The notes: a model not told the origin generated them from the sequence alone. A stretch of DNA of 64,000 bases from Eledone cirrhosa (GCA_964016885.1 OZ024741.1:107136001-107200000); one strand, 5' to 3'. Numbered from the stretch's first letter, positions 1 to 16,161 are shown. Made by a program: numbers and translations.

Positions 1-370
1 TATATATATATGTATATATATGTATATATATATATGTAATATTGCTACATAATATAATTCGGTATATATAATCAATATATATGAATCGATCATTACGTCT
101 ATTAAAAAATTATACACGGTAGATCATATACCTAGGTATGATATTATTACACCTGAATCATTATATACGAAAAGTCATTATATATTCTGTATATTACATT
201 TAACATAACTTTACATATAACATAAAATATATCAGAATATATAATACCAGGAATATGTTCACGTCAGAAAAGAAATTAAGCGTTGCATGTTATTACACGG
301 TAATAGTATCAATCACCTGTGTATATATGATCAGGACATATATATATATATAAACAAACACACACATAGG

Positions 371-411
<41 letters not shown>

Positions 412-431
412 TTTTATACATTATATGGAAG

Positions 432-495
<64 letters not shown>

Positions 496-529
496 TATAT
501 ATATATTTAATATGCATAAAGGTATAAAG

Positions 530-705
530 GGCCGGGCGATGCGTCATGTCCTTGAGCAATACACTTTATTTCAGGTTGCTTCTTCTACCGAGATTTGCAG
601 CCGTTAGATAGTATTAGCAATTGAAAAGACCAATGGAAACATTGTTCCCTTGGTTCGATATGACAAGCTCCATCCTACGCTGGGAACTTGTTGATAGACT
701 AGATA
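530..705 (+). mobile_element. 5'-truncated tRNA-derived SINE (family 2)
   Basis: Aligns by eye to the reverse complement of 27072-27290 (gtccttgagcaa.acactt...agatagtattagcaatt..aaagaccaa.ggaaacattgttccct). Confidence 0.75.
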
Positions 706-763
706 GGGAGAGAAAGAGTGACAGAGGGAGAGAGAGAGAGATAGAGAGAGAGAGATGTGTATG

Positions 764-832
<69 letters not shown>

Positions 833-989
833 ATATATACAAATATAGATATATCTAAGTAAATATATATGTATGTATATATGTATACACAAATAGATTT
901 AGGGCGGTGCCCCAGTATGGCCTCAGCCGGATGGCTGAAACAGGTAAAAGAGTAAAAGAGTATACACATTCATGTAAATTTATGTATGA

Positions 990-1041
<52 letters not shown>

Positions 1042-1483
1042 TGTGTCTAAAATTAAAATTAAAATAATTATATATAATTATTTTTATTTATGTTACGATT
1101 ATTACAAAATATTATGTAAGTTTAGACATGGGATACTAAACACTATACTACTATGTACATGTTACCTTCATTAAATATAGAATGATTAGTTAAATAATCA
1201 CACTATATTTGTTGAAGGTAACATGTACCTATGGGCATGTACATATAGGCAGATGCAAACACGATGTTCTGCCACGAGGCAACTTGGGCAAGTGTTTCTA
1301 CTAAATCCTCGGGTTTACTAATTCCTTGAGTGCAGTTTGTGACTCGGTCACTAGAGAAGACCCTCAGATATATGTACGTATATATGTATATATATATATA
1401 TATATATACATGTGTATGTATATATACATACACATGTATATATATATATATATGTATATATATATGTATATATATATATATAT

Positions 1484-1560
1484 AGTAACAAGTTTTAAAA
1501 TATCCAAATACCTAAACTCGGCTCGGGTATTGAGTACTTATTCTCACTTACGCCAAACTC
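1484..1560 (+). mobile_element. Penelope-like 3' terminal fragment (family G), copy 1
   Basis: Near-identical inverted copy at 2383-2460; contains ttgagtact; embedded in (TA)n/(CA)n. Confidence 0.5.
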
Positions 1561-1574
1561 ACACACACACACTC

Positions 1575-1630
<56 letters not shown>

Positions 1631-1664
1631 AGAAATCCTTCTATTAATGCTTACCTGTGTTTTC

Positions 1665-1713
<49 letters not shown>

Positions 1714-1765
1714 CACATGTATATTAATATATTCATATTAAACATATATATAATATATATGTATA

Positions 1766-1807
<42 letters not shown>

Positions 1808-1844
1808 CATGTATATAAATATATTCATGTTATGTATATATACA

Positions 1845-1916
<72 letters not shown>

Positions 1917-1944
1917 CATGTACATATATGCACACACACACATT

Positions 1945-1975
<31 letters not shown>

Positions 1976-2094
1976 GTACATTTGCCGCATGTTGATATTT
2001 TGGTATTAGATATATTATTATATACATGTCAATAAATGTAATCGGAATATTTTGACACCTTGTTCCTACTCCTTATTTCCATTTTTATTATCAT

Positions 2095-2283
2095 TGTGGA
2101 TTGGCAGTATCGGTAGAGGGTTGGACGCCATGCTTTGCAGCATAGAGTTACGGCCCTTTAAGGTCTGAGTTCAAATCCCGCCAAGGTTAACTTTGCCTTT
2201 CATCCTTACGGGGTAGATAAAATAAAGTACCAGTAATGCACTGGTGGATTGCTGGCCTTGTGCCAAAGGTAGAAACAATTATA
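2095..2283 (+). mobile_element. tRNA-derived SINE (family 1, Meta-domain-like core)
   Basis: A box tggcagtatcgg, B box gttcaaatcc, core gcctttcatccttacgggg..gataaaataaagtaccag, tail tagaaacaattat; more than 10 copies in the window. Confidence 0.9.
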
Positions 2284-2284
2284 A

Positions 2285-2369
<85 letters not shown>

Positions 2370-2382
2370 GTGTGTGTGTGTG

Positions 2383-2465
2383 TGAGTTTGGCGGAAGTTA
2401 GAATAAGTACTCAATACCCGACCCGAGTTTAGGTATTTGGATATTTTAAAACTTGTTACTCCGCA
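2383..2465 (-). mobile_element. Penelope-like 3' terminal fragment (family G), copy 2
   Basis: Reverse complement of 1484-1560. Confidence 0.5.
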
Positions 2466-2557
2466 GTTACACCTTTTTCCTCAGGACACCAGACACCACA
2501 TACACATATAAAAGAATATATGTATACATAAATAAGTAAATACACCCAAACACACAC

Positions 2558-2693
<136 letters not shown>

Positions 2694-2712
2694 GTATATG
2701 TATATGTGTGTG

Positions 2713-2753
<41 letters not shown>

Positions 2754-2830
2754 ATTTATATATATATATATATATATTTTGATACTTCGATTACATTGCG
2801 GCCAAGCTTCAAGCAAACTTTAACACCCTC

Positions 2831-2930
<100 letters not shown>

Positions 2931-2990
2931 ATATATATATATATATCACAAACAATCTTAAACACACAGCGGAAAACACACACACCTCAA

Positions 2991-3234
<244 letters not shown>

Positions 3235-3499
3235 GGTGTGTTTTTTCCGCTGTGTGTTTAAGATTATTCGTGATTGAGTTTGTTCCCAAACAAGAGGAAA
3301 AGTGTAAAACCGGGATTTAGGAAATAAGTCCAGGGTGGAGCTTGATGCAGTGTCCCAGCTTGGCCACAATGTAATCGAAGTATCAAAATATTCAAGAACA
3401 TGCTTATTTCTATATATATATATATAAACTACACAAGGCCGTTATATATATATATATATAGAGAGAGAGCGAGATATATATGTATATATATAGATATGT

Positions 3500-3663
3500 G
3501 TATCCCGTTTTCAATCTGGGTTAACCACACTAAGTAAGGTGCTCAATACATAGCAGAGTATGAATATTTAATATATGGCTTCTACAGGACTAGAACTGTT
3601 TCATTCGAAAGAAATCATTTCTTCGAATGAAGAGTTCTAGTCCCGTAGAAGCCATTTCTATAT
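3500..3663. mobile_element. Asymmetric fold-back element, family B
   Basis: Arms atggcttctacaggactagaact..ttcattcgaa / ttcgaatgaa..gttctagtcccgtagaagccat; tail on the left; (TA)n flanks. Confidence 0.75.
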
Positions 3664-3678
3664 TAAATATGTATATAC

Positions 3679-3709
<31 letters not shown>

Positions 3710-3719
3710 CATATATATA

Positions 3720-3863
3720 TAGGAATTGTGGTAAGGAACCAGATGGACCATAACGCACCAGAGTACTCAATACTTAGGGTAGTAGAGGTGGAAAATAGGA
3801 AAAAAGTATGACCACGACGGCAGAGCTCAAGCCGTTCCACGGCTATTTCTGGACGGGGTCATA

Positions 3864-3866
<3 letters not shown>
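3720..3866 (-). mobile_element. Diverged family A element (long arm plus remnant short arm)
   Basis: Matches 49181-49316; aagtatgacc...ggtcatactt remnant inversion. Confidence 0.7.
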
Positions 3867-3900
<34 letters not shown>

Positions 3901-4030
3901 GTATATATAAATATATGTATATATGTGTGTGTATATCTGTGTGTGAATCAATAAATATATATATAAATATGCCTAGATAGATAGATATAATTTTTATATT
4001 TAATAACCTACCTGAATTTCATTATTTTGG

Positions 4031-4190
4031 GGGATTGGCAGTATCGGTAGAGGTACGGCCCTTGCCATTCTAAGTTCAAATCCCGCCGAGGTTAACTTTG
4101 CCTTTTATCCTTACGGGGTCGATAAAATAAAGTACCAGTAATGCACTGGGTAATTTGCAGGCCTGGTGCCAAACGTAGAAACAATTATTT
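4031..4190 (+). mobile_element. SINE family 1 (internal deletion)
   Basis: A/B boxes, core and tail as at 2095. Confidence 0.85.
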
Positions 4191-4240
4191 TTTAATTAAA
4201 TATTTATATAGCTATATGTATATAATCATTTACCAATTGT

Positions 4241-4325
<85 letters not shown>

Positions 4326-4670
4326 CACACACACATATATATATATATAGATATACAGGTTTATATCTACACAAACGTACATATCAATAGCTGAATTATT
4401 ATGTACATATAGCTATGAATATTTTAATATACCTATATATATATTTATATGTACATAAATATATATAGGTATATATATGTTTATATACACACCTATATTT
4501 TTATGCCTGTATATATTTATACACACAAAATCAAACTCTTATACACACATATCCATTTAATATATATATATATACATATATATGCCCTTTATCATATTCA
4601 TAGACATATATGCATATATGCATATATGTATATCTATAACGCTCTCTTATTCTCTTCCTCTCTCACCCCC

Positions 4671-4756
<86 letters not shown>

Positions 4757-4891
4757 ATATATATATATATATTATATATCATAATGATCATTTATATATA
4801 TTATATATATATTATATATATCATATATTGAGTTATAAACTCGAAATAGTCCTTTCAACCTTGGTCATTTGCAATTCGAACATATGTATAC

Positions 4892-5260
<369 letters not shown>

Positions 5261-5288
5261 CATATTTACACATATATATGTATATATG

Positions 5289-5345
<57 letters not shown>

Positions 5346-5411
5346 GCATATATATATATTTATATATATATATTATATACACACACATAAACACACACAC
5401 ATACACACACT

Positions 5412-5469
<58 letters not shown>

Positions 5470-5593
5470 CCTTCAGTAATGGGGTAGTTATATTTTGTGT
5501 TCTTGACTTTCTAATTAAATAGCTCTGTTCTATACATAGAGTACTCTTTTTTCTTTTGCTTCTCATTTGGAATAACCTAACACATATATACAA

Positions 5594-5627
<34 letters not shown>

Positions 5628-5809
5628 ATGCATATATATATATATTTGGGTGTATATATATATGTCAATGTATCAGATCTATACTTTACTATCCCAAGTT
5701 TCGAGTACTCTGGTGTGTAATGGTCTAACCAGTTTCTTACTGAATCAATCTTAATGTATGTATGTATATATATATATATATATATACATACTTGTGTGTG
5801 TGTGTGTGT

Positions 5810-6000
5810 GTTTAGAATCCCGAGTTTCGTGGAGTAGTCACAATTATAAAAGCTACTCACTACATTGATAGCGTATAGCTATATCTATTATATATAGAAA
5901 TAATTCTACAGTGTTAAAACTGTTTCGTTCGTATGAAATCACCATGACATTCCTGATAATTTCATTCAAATGAAACATTTTCTAGTAGAAGTCACTTCTG

Positions 6001-6001
<1 letters not shown>
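5810..6001. mobile_element. Old, diverged family B fold-back
   Basis: ttctaca..aactgtttcgttcgtatgaaatcacc / cctgataatttcattcaaatgaaaca..tagaag. Confidence 0.55.
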
Positions 6002-6055
<54 letters not shown>

Positions 6056-6056
6056 C

Positions 6057-6151
<95 letters not shown>

Positions 6152-6152
<1 letters not shown>

Positions 6153-6217
6153 ATTTTGTCTGAAGAGGGATTACCATATTTTTAATAAGATATCCCTGAA
6201 ATATATATAATGAAATA
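6152..6217 (+). ncRNA. Minimal type I hammerhead ribozyme (family C element 6150-6347)
   Basis: tattttgt CTGAAGA gggat..atccc t GAAA tatata TA^ atgaaata; 8-bp stem I including G-U pairs. Confidence 0.75.
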
Positions 6218-6356
6218 AATATGGTTATATAAATGTAGTTTCCATTTGTTTAATATCGTAAAATACTCCAAAATCTGTTGAGTGCTTTTATATCAGTTAT
6301 AAAATATTTACTCGTTGTAACCCAACAATTTTAAATAAAATTTTTGCATATATATA

Positions 6357-6462
<106 letters not shown>

Positions 6463-6480
6463 CCAGTTTATCCAAAATCT

Positions 6481-6589
6481 CTGAAGAAGTGACAACTGTT
6501 TATACATTTGCTATCGAATACTTGCTAACATTATATGATTACGCAAGCAGCGATACATAGGTATTCGGTCTGTTACAGAAACATATGTC
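6481..6589 (+). ncRNA. Hammerhead-like motif with long stem II insert
   Basis: CTGAAGA a gtgaca...tgttac a GAAA catatg TC^; palindromic stem III ACATATGT; stem I weak. Confidence 0.55.
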
Positions 6590-6643
6590 AATACCTAATA
6601 AATTCCTTTTTTAACAAAAGCACTTTCATTTTATATTCATCCT

Positions 6644-6722
<79 letters not shown>

Positions 6723-7269
6723 TATTTGTACATATATATGTGTGTGTATGCATACGTTTATGTGTCTGTTTGATACGTAATTATTTACGCCGTTGCGTCT
6801 GAAAGGGCACGGGCTACGTCTAGACTTTTTTTTATATCTTTAGGGACTTGATCCCTCCTAGCATTGTGCAAAAACCAGTTTACTTTTGGGAATTTTAGTA
6901 ACAGAGGGGACTCATCTAAACGCAGCCAACCATCATATAGAGATGTTAAACCAGGAGAAGGATTACTGTCTAACGGTCACATAATTCCGTCAAGTAGCCC
7001 CGCCACCACCTTCCTTTAACTAGATAGATAGGTAGATGACTATACATGTCTAATCCATATATAGTTTGATAGGCAGAGGAAGATAAGCATATAATCCATA
7101 TGTTTATTTTTTATACGCGTTTCGCTTGTCGATTTTCAATTATACAACTCTTTGCGTACCGAATTTTATACACTGACCCCTACCCCATATCTATATATAC
7201 ACACGCGCACACACACACATATATATATACACACATATATATATATATACATGCATTTGTATGTATATA

Positions 7270-7310
<41 letters not shown>

Positions 7311-7334
7311 TTATATGTATATATATATATATGC

Positions 7335-7372
<38 letters not shown>

Positions 7373-7389
7373 GTGTTTATGTGTGTGTG

Positions 7390-7452
<63 letters not shown>

Positions 7453-9790
7453 TTATATATATATATACACACACACATGTATGTGTACAGACACATATAT
7501 ATACACACACACATGTTTATGTGTGTGTGTTTGTTTATGCATTTTGATATGTCACCTGCGTTACCCATTATACCAAAACGCATCTGGCTCTCTTTTAGAA
7601 GTGTTAAGCTAGAAGTGTTAGCAACATTTGTTCATTCAATTATTTATAGTTGTCTGCATTGTGGTGGCTTCTCCAAAAAGCAAGCATATTTTCAATATAT
7701 ATACAGTATATATACATCTAATCCTCACCATATATATATATATATATATCAATTACACAGCATTGCCTCGTTGTAAGGTTCTATAATTATCCGAGAATTT
7801 TTCTTAATATCCACTGTTTAGTTTCTCTTGAAACGTGTTCTTATATGTATGAAATTAATTTTTATCCCAAACGTTCCTAGCATTCCGGTCCCTAACGCCC
7901 TATGCGACTCATTCGTAATATATGTCAATAGACTTCATATTTTAATTGCTTAAATGACGTATAGCTAATTCCCGCACATTAAATAATAACATGAAGTGAA
8001 AGTGAAATAATTTTAATTAATTTGTAACTATTATTGAACATAATGTTTTTTCCTTTCATTTTATATATTTTAATTCTTAAAATAATTTAAAAAAGAAAAT
8101 TAGCTGGAAACAAATTAACAAAAGGTAAACCACAAATAGAAATAAAATCATTCTTATAATGCATGAAAGCCGGAGTACCTAGTAATACATTACACCTCTA
8201 AACAGTAGAACTAGTCAGGAACAATATTTGAAATTATATAGATATGACATTAAGAATTGTGATGAATTTCGATTTTATGACATTTGGTCTGTTACCATCA
8301 AATCTTTAGGAATTTTGAACACTGTTCTGACAGTATTCCGGATGGATAATAGCTTTGGTTTTACCAGTTGGAGCATAAGTAGATTTGGGAACGACTTCCA
8401 ATTGTTGAGCACAGTACATAATATTAGCCACGAGCAAAGCAGGATTCCCGTTCCTCTGACTCTGCGGTCCTCAGAGTTCACTTGATTTGTCAGCAGAAGG
8501 TGGTGGAAACTTCATTAATAAGAAAACGATTTCAAGTTACAGAGAACTTCAAGTAACGTAACTTTAAATAGAAATGTAATTGTAAGGTAAAAGCACGATA
8601 CAAATATGAGCATTAAGTATCTAAATCGAGTTACTGTGGATATTAATATATAAAGCGTACATCGAAGATTAACCGAAAGAATATGAGAATGATAGAAAAT
8701 GTGAAAAGCGAAAAACAAAGAATAAGAGATAGGGATAAAGCAGAAGTGTGAAGGAAGATGTTATAAGTGTATGAGATAGAAAGTGTCAGCGAGAGAAATT
8801 AAAATGCTACTGAAGTTAAACGGAAATTATAACGGCGAAGAAGGTATCGTAATTGTTAGATAGCTTTTCTATGATATTATTCATGCTTTTCATCCTTTGA
8901 GGATCACTAAAATAAGTACAATTACTGGTTGATGTAATCGATTATTTTTTCCTGCCAATATTTTTGGTCGTGTGCCTATGTAAAGATTATATAAAAGAAG
9001 AAAAGAATACAGATCGAAAGTTAAGGAGAACATGAAAGAATAAGAGATTGAGTGAAGAGATGAGAGAAAGGGATACAGAAAGGAAAGACAAAGGACGAAA
9101 TATTGAGGAAGGTGCAGGTGATTAGAAGTTGGCAGTGGTAATATGAGCGAAGGAGAGTGGCAGTAGGAGGTTGACTCAACATTGAGGACATAGCAGAGAA
9201 GCAAAGGATAACTATATACAAGAGAAAGATGGCAATGGCTACAAACAACAGAAAGTGTGATGTCTTCAGGAGCTCGAAGAAATTATTAAAGCATTACGGG
9301 AGAGATGGGACATAAACACAAACAAACATTAAGAGTTACGTAATAGATTAAGGTCCTGAACTCGGAAAATTGTTGATATATATATGAAAACACTAAAACA
9401 AACAGTTAGCCAGAGCTTTTATACAGTATATATATGACGAAATGTTTCAAGTAAAGGTTAAAGCTTACTATATGTTCACATAAAAAAAAGGTATTGGACC
9501 TCAGTGAGATTCAAACTCCTAAAATTAAAAGCACTACTTGAATAAGGAATGAAATAAAATTGTTTTCTGTTTAGAATTTAAAGAGTAGATGGGACACACA
9601 TTGAGAAGGAACATACACACATACACAAACACACAGGCACATACACACGCGCACGCACGCACATATATACAACACAGAGACACATACACACACAGAAGTA
9701 TACGAGTATATGAATATACTTTTTTCTTTAATCCGACAAAATAATTATTTCTATATTTATTATAGCAAATCATTATTGAAATAAAGAAAT

Positions 9791-9983
9791 GGTGGTGGAT
9801 TGGCAGTATCGGTAGAGGGTCGGGCGCCATGCTTTGAAGCATAGAGTTACCTCCCTTTATGATCTGAGTTCAAATCCCGCCGAGGTTAACTTTGCCTTTC
9901 ATCCTTACGGGGTCGATAAAATAAAGTACCAGTAATGCACTGGCATAATTGCTGGCCTTGTGCCAAATGTAGAAACAATTATT
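9791..9983 (+). mobile_element. Full-length SINE family 1 with TSD
   Basis: Direct repeat attattgaaataaagaaat on both sides (overlapping the ATT tail). Confidence 0.92.
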
Positions 9984-10900
9984 GAAATAAAGAAATATTA
10001 AATGAATTGAAGATTTATAGAATATTTTATGAAACTTAAATTAATTTAATGCAGAAACTATGGAAATATTTGCTTATAATCTTCGATTGACCCCTTATAT
10101 ATCTGTGAGATACGGGGTTTGATTCCTCGGCCGATAGCACTTTATTTTTTATGTCTTTAAGGATCTTCACCCAATTTTATAAGTTATTTTATAGCATCTC
10201 AGCGCAGGAGCCCATCGTTCTTTATATATAATATATGGAGAGAGAGAGAGAGCGAGAGAGAGAGAGAGCGAGAGAGAGAGAGAGAGAGGGGGAGAGAGAG
10301 AGAGAGAGAGACTGTTTGGTGTAAAAAGGTGATGTAAAAGTGCTTTCGAGATAGAGTGTTCATTGGAAACTGGTGATTTAGTCCATGGCTAATCGGCGTC
10401 CCTCGTCACTATGTAACTGCTCAGGCGGATAAAAACATGAATGAACACTATTACATGTGTAAGTAACAGTACAGGCAGGTTTAATTGTCGGGGTTATGTG
10501 TATGCTCGTGTGTGTGTGTGTGCCTGCAAGCGTGTGAGTGCGCACATATACATATGCATACACACAAATGCATGCATACACACAAATGCATGCATACATA
10601 CATACGTACGTACATACATACATACATGCATACACACACATACATGCATACATACATGCATACATGCATACATACATGCATACATACATACATGTATACA
10701 TACATGCATACATGTATGTACAATAGCTCTCCTCCTCTCACGTTATATATATATATACATATGTGTGTGTTTTATATGGATATATTGGATATATATAACG
10801 GATATATATATGTATATATATATATTCACACACACACACAGACACACACACATACACACACACACACACACATACACACACATATATATATATATATATA

Positions 10901-11160
10901 TAAATAATTACAACAGTGACATAAACGGGTACTCAAGTTTCGTTGGGCTTTGGGCCCCAATTTCTTCAGCCTTTCATGAGAAAAATAAAAAACAAATATA
11001 CTTTGTCTTTTATTTTTCTCAGGCTGAAGAAATTGGGGACCAAAACCCAACGAAACTTGAGTACCCGTTTATGTCACTGTTGTAATTATTTATACTAAAC
11101 TCGTGCTATGGACTGAGTGCTCTTACCCTTGGATATTTCCATTTAACTTTTACTTAACAG
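10901..11160. mobile_element. Asymmetric fold-back element (family J) with a hammerhead in each arm
   Basis: Arms about 10901-10995 and 11002-11092; tail 11093-11160 with ctgagtgct; (TA)n flanks. Confidence 0.8.
11022..11065 (+). ncRNA. Minimal hammerhead ribozyme (mirror copy at 10928-10971 on the - strand)
   Basis: gg CTGAAGA aa ttggg gaccaaaa cccaa c GAAA cttgag TA^ cc; stem I only 2 bp. Confidence 0.65.
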
Positions 11161-11177
11161 TATATATATATATATAT

Positions 11178-11478
11178 ATTATTATACTTGGGGAGGGTCA
11201 TATTTGTGTAATAATATTGCCAGAATTAATAACAGAACACACTCACTGTTTGATTGGTTTTCGCTTCTGTGTCTTTTATATCAGTTAATTTAATTTATTC
11301 GGTCCTCAATGTTTACCATTGACTGACCAACGCTCAAAAATACAGATACAATATAGACACAAACACATATATATAGTCTAACAATTATTACACAAATATG
11401 ACCCTCCCCAAGTATAACAATATTTGTGTCGACACACGATTTCATTTCAAAAACCTCGCAAAACTAATTCATCGTTAT
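11178..11478. mobile_element. Asymmetric fold-back element, family F
   Basis: ttatacttggggagggtcatatttgtgtaataat inverted at about 11384-11418; tail ...aaaacctcgcaaaac; relatives at 14938, 19572, 26643, 36855. Confidence 0.7.
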
Positions 11479-11510
11479 TATATATATATGAATATATATA
11501 AATATATATA

Positions 11511-11614
<104 letters not shown>

Positions 11615-11815
11615 TATGTACGCGTACATACATATATGTATACAGACGTGCAGTAGTATGTATATATACATACATACATGCACACATATATATATGTACG
11701 TATGGATTCACCGAACATTTATTATAATGCTCGGTGTGTTTGTAAACAAACATCCCGTATTAAGCCGTAGTGTCCAGCAACCATCGTTGCTCGTTTGTTC
11801 AACACTGACAAAGTA

Positions 11816-11858
11816 ACGCTGTACTAGTTTCAAGCTTATTAGCTATCGTCAGCAACGT
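11816..11858 (-). ncRNA. Minimal type I hammerhead ribozyme
   Basis: acgttg CTGACGA t agct aata agct t GAAA ctag TA^ cagcgt; palindromic stem III ACTAGT. Confidence 0.85.
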
Positions 11859-12216
11859 ATACCTTCCTGCCAGATTGTTGAACGTATATACTTACCTTAT
11901 GCATATTAACGGCTGAGTAGCCCAATTTGCATATCCAGTGGGTTAATCGGCCGGGTGCACCGAAAACGATAAACGGAAAAAATGAAACGAAATTTCATTT
12001 CCCACTCTTAATACGGCTGTTACTTAAATATAAGTATGTACACGTACATACATATATGTATACAGACGTACAGTAGTATGTATATATATATACATAAATG
12101 CACACATATATATATGTACATATGGATTCACCGAACATTTATTATAATGCTCGGTGTGTTTGTAAACAAACATCCCGTATTAAGCTGTTGCTCGTTTGTT
12201 CAACACTGACAAAGGA

Positions 12217-12259
12217 ACGCTGTACTAGTTTCAAGCTTATAAGCTATCGTCAGCAACGT
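12217..12259 (-). ncRNA. Minimal type I hammerhead ribozyme (second tandem copy)
   Basis: Same as 11816-11858 with a stem II loop change. Confidence 0.85.
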
Positions 12260-12439
12260 ATACCTTCCTGCCAGATTGTTGAACGTATATACTTACCTTA
12301 TGCATATTAACGACTGAGTAGCCCAATTTGCATATCGGCCGGGTGCACCGAAAACGATATATAAGTAATTATATTTAAGTAATAGCCGTACTAAGAGTGA
12401 GAAATGAAATTTCGTTTCATTTTTTCCATTTATATATAT

Positions 12440-12470
<31 letters not shown>

Positions 12471-12472
<2 letters not shown>

Positions 12473-12573
12473 GGACTAGCGTCCGAAACGTTAAGACCCT
12501 CTTCCTGCTATATCAAGCGTTAACCTTCCATATACTGTACCGATTGTGTTGTTATATCTGTTTACCTTTTACA
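12471..12573 (+). mobile_element. Family D 3' fragment truncated inside the hammerhead
   Basis: aggactagcgtccGAAAcgttaagaccctcttcctgcta..., reverse complement of 40020-40136. Confidence 0.7.
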
Positions 12574-12613
12574 CACACACAAACACACACACACACACAT
12601 ATATATATATATT

Positions 12614-12690
<77 letters not shown>

Positions 12691-12695
<5 letters not shown>

Positions 12696-13083
12696 TATTG
12701 AAGTTTGCTTGAAGCATTGTGGAACAATAAGTAAATATCTTTAAGTCGTTTGGAAGCCTCGACAATGCAAACAGCGAAAGACGCGTTCCGGACTTGTCCG
12801 ACAGACAACCTTTTCTCCCACCCCGGAAAAAACCCCAGTTGATGGATGTGAATCCGAAAGATATGGGGACTATTAAATCTCTCCCAAGGTAACTCTCTCT
12901 TGTGTTGTTATTTTTATTTTTATCCTTTATACTCTTCCCTTCATTCTACACATCTCACACATCTTATACACACCACGCATCTCAACGTACACCCACTTAC
13001 ATCTCTCTCTCCACCACCGGACCTTGTTACCCGGAGATTTACCCATTTGCATTGTCGAGGCTTCCAAACGACTTAAAGATATT

Positions 13084-13086
<3 letters not shown>
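12691..13086. mobile_element. Asymmetric inverted-repeat element, family H
   Basis: gtaaatatctttaagtcgtttggaagcctcgacaatgcaaa (12731-12771) inverted at 13046-13086; tail gcttcaagcaaacttcaatactctc also at about 29098 and 2806. Confidence 0.7.
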
Positions 13087-13126
<40 letters not shown>

Positions 13127-13422
13127 ATGTGCTTGGGTAGGGTGATGTTTTCCCTCCCTCTCACCTCTACTGCTGCTGCGATGGTGGCACCATCTTGGAG
13201 TTCCCAATTCTATAGCCTGTCGTCCAACCTGTAAACCTAAGCAGTTCGTCAATCCTTCCTGCCTGAAACTCCCTCCTTGCTTATATCTTTCCTAAATGGA
13301 GTGAAAACGCAATTTAAACTGAACAAGTGCGGAATCGATTTCTCCTGTGTACACACACAAGCATACAAACACACACACACACGCATATATATATATATAT
13401 ACATACATATATATATACACAT

Positions 13423-13557
<135 letters not shown>

Positions 13558-13601
13558 TATAGACTGGGGCGATCGATTCCGTTCTTGTTCTGCTTAAATT
13601 G

Positions 13602-13655
<54 letters not shown>

Positions 13656-13802
13656 ATATATATATGTGTATATATGTATTTATCTATATATATATATGTG
13701 TGTGTGTGTGTATGAATATATGTACATATATATATATATTCATACACACACACACATATATATATATATAGATAAATACATATATACACATATATATATA
13801 CG

Positions 13803-13926
<124 letters not shown>

Positions 13927-13927
13927 C

Positions 13928-13958
<31 letters not shown>

Positions 13959-14361
13959 AAAATATATAATATATTTACATACACATACACTCACACATAA
14001 ACAAACACACACACACACACACGCCCTTTGCCCCCATATATTTTTATATGATTTCCCCCACATTTGCTCCAGTTTTGAAGAGAGTGGAGCGGATAAGATA
14101 TAATATCATTATCGAGTGATACGATTCAATAATTTAACTTGAAACAAATTGAAAAATGAACATGCTTGAATGACATTGTCTGAACTGGTCAAACTGGTGT
14201 ATCAACACGGTCTTTATACATATTTACTATTTTGTTGGTGAGGTGAAAGGCAATGCACTTGAACCTTTAAAGACACGCCCCACACATACATATGTATATA
14301 TGTATCACACATACATATGTATATATGTATGTGTTTGTTTGAGTGTAGGTTTATGTATATA

Positions 14362-14445
14362 CAGCGTGTCCCAAAAATGTATATACATACACACTTCAAC
14401 AGCATTCTAATCAATATATGTATACATTGTTTTGGGGATACCTCG
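14362..14445. mobile_element. Possible small Tc1/mariner-type MITE
   Basis: TA-cagcgtgtcccaaaaatgtata ... tatacattgtttttggggatacctcg-TA, imperfect TIRs. Confidence 0.4.
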
Positions 14446-14488
14446 TATATATATATTTTAATATAGATGAGATTCTACAGGACTAGAA

Positions 14489-14523
<35 letters not shown>

Positions 14524-14526
<3 letters not shown>

Positions 14527-14720
14527 AACTAGTAAGACCCCGACAGCTGAGCTCAAGCCGTTTCGACGGCTAATTCTGGATAGGTCCAGAATTAGCCGTC
14601 GAAACGGCTTGAGCTCAGCTGTCGGGGTCTTACTAGTTCCTATTACCCACTCTACTACCTCAAGTATTGAGTACTTTGGTGCGTTATGGTCCACCTGGTT
14701 CCTTACCACATTTCCTTCGT
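14524..14720. mobile_element. Asymmetric fold-back element, family A
   Basis: Perfect arms 14524-14580 and 14585-14641 around loop tagg; about 80-nt tail ending ttccttcgt(TA)n. Confidence 0.85.
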
Positions 14721-14915
<195 letters not shown>

Positions 14916-14965
14916 ATATATTATATATTATATATATTATTGGCAACATGAGCCTCCCAAAGTAT

Positions 14966-15026
<61 letters not shown>

Positions 15027-15153
15027 AAAGTTCTATTTAAATTGTTGGGATACAACAAGCAAATATTTTTATAACTGACATAAAGCACTCAACAAATATT
15101 TGGAGTAAAAATACGATATTAACAAATGGAAACTATATTTATAAAACCATATT

Positions 15154-15218
15154 TATTTCATTATACATATTTCAAGGACAACAAGTTAAATTATGGTGTG
15201 CTTTCATCAGATAAAATA
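15154..15218 (-). ncRNA. Hammerhead ribozyme in family C element (15025-15282, - strand)
   Basis: tattttat CTGATGA aag...ctt GAAA tatgta TA^ atgaaata. Confidence 0.8.
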
Positions 15219-15288
15219 TAATATAGATCAGTTTTATAAATAAATATTGACATACCCTTAAAAAATGCAACCATTACTGTTGTATATA

Positions 15289-15350
<62 letters not shown>

Positions 15351-15512
15351 TATAAAATAAAACAAGGACGAGTGGTTACTCCTTCATTACGTTTAATGGT
15401 TGGTGACGCGCGTTTCGCCACCGATCACCTCATGGTTCGGTCTGTATTATATATATATATATATATGTAAGTATGTACACAGACACACACACATACACAG
15501 GCACAGATACAG

Positions 15513-15566
<54 letters not shown>

Positions 15567-15572
15567 GTTTAC

Positions 15573-15721
<149 letters not shown>

Positions 15722-16050
15722 CAGTTTCATGGGTTTGTGTTTACAAGTATTTCTACTTAGAAATACATGCGTGAGGGTAGATTCGTCCTTTATATTATTG
15801 TAGATCTTGTTACTTCAAATCTCATTCTTCATAATATCATACCTGTAGTCAGTAGGCGGTGATGGTTAGTGTTGAAAGCTGTGTAACAATATGAATGAGG
15901 GGAGAGGGAGACATTGTGTCATTTTCTTTGGGTTTCTCCGTCCGTGTTATAAAATGTATCAATATGTTGTATTGGATATCGATTTTTCCTTATATAAAAC
16001 CATTTATTAGAGTTTATATTTTCATCATACACGCACACACAGACACACAC

Positions 16051-16101
<51 letters not shown>

Positions 16102-16161
16102 TATATACATATATATATATATATACGTATATATATATATATACATATATATATATAAGAG

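Noticed and set aside
8160-8520. Higher-complexity island with overlapping short ORFs; similar islands at 27630-28040 and 38470-39050
   Set aside because: No recognisable motif or convincing splice boundaries; part of 27860-27975 resembles the reverse of 43550-43665, pointing to a repeat; a BLASTx search would settle it
12775-12810. Possible hammerhead in family H (minus strand ctgtc ggac aa gtcc ggaacgcgtc)
   Set aside because: Core too degenerate (no CUGANGA, GGAA for GAAA) to list, although its position fits the pattern
14524-14720. Reading families A, B and C as DNA-transposon MITEs
   Set aside because: Unequal ends, variable apex and embedded hammerheads fit retroelement termini better; the [18 protein letters not shown]... 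is a chance frame of the repeat
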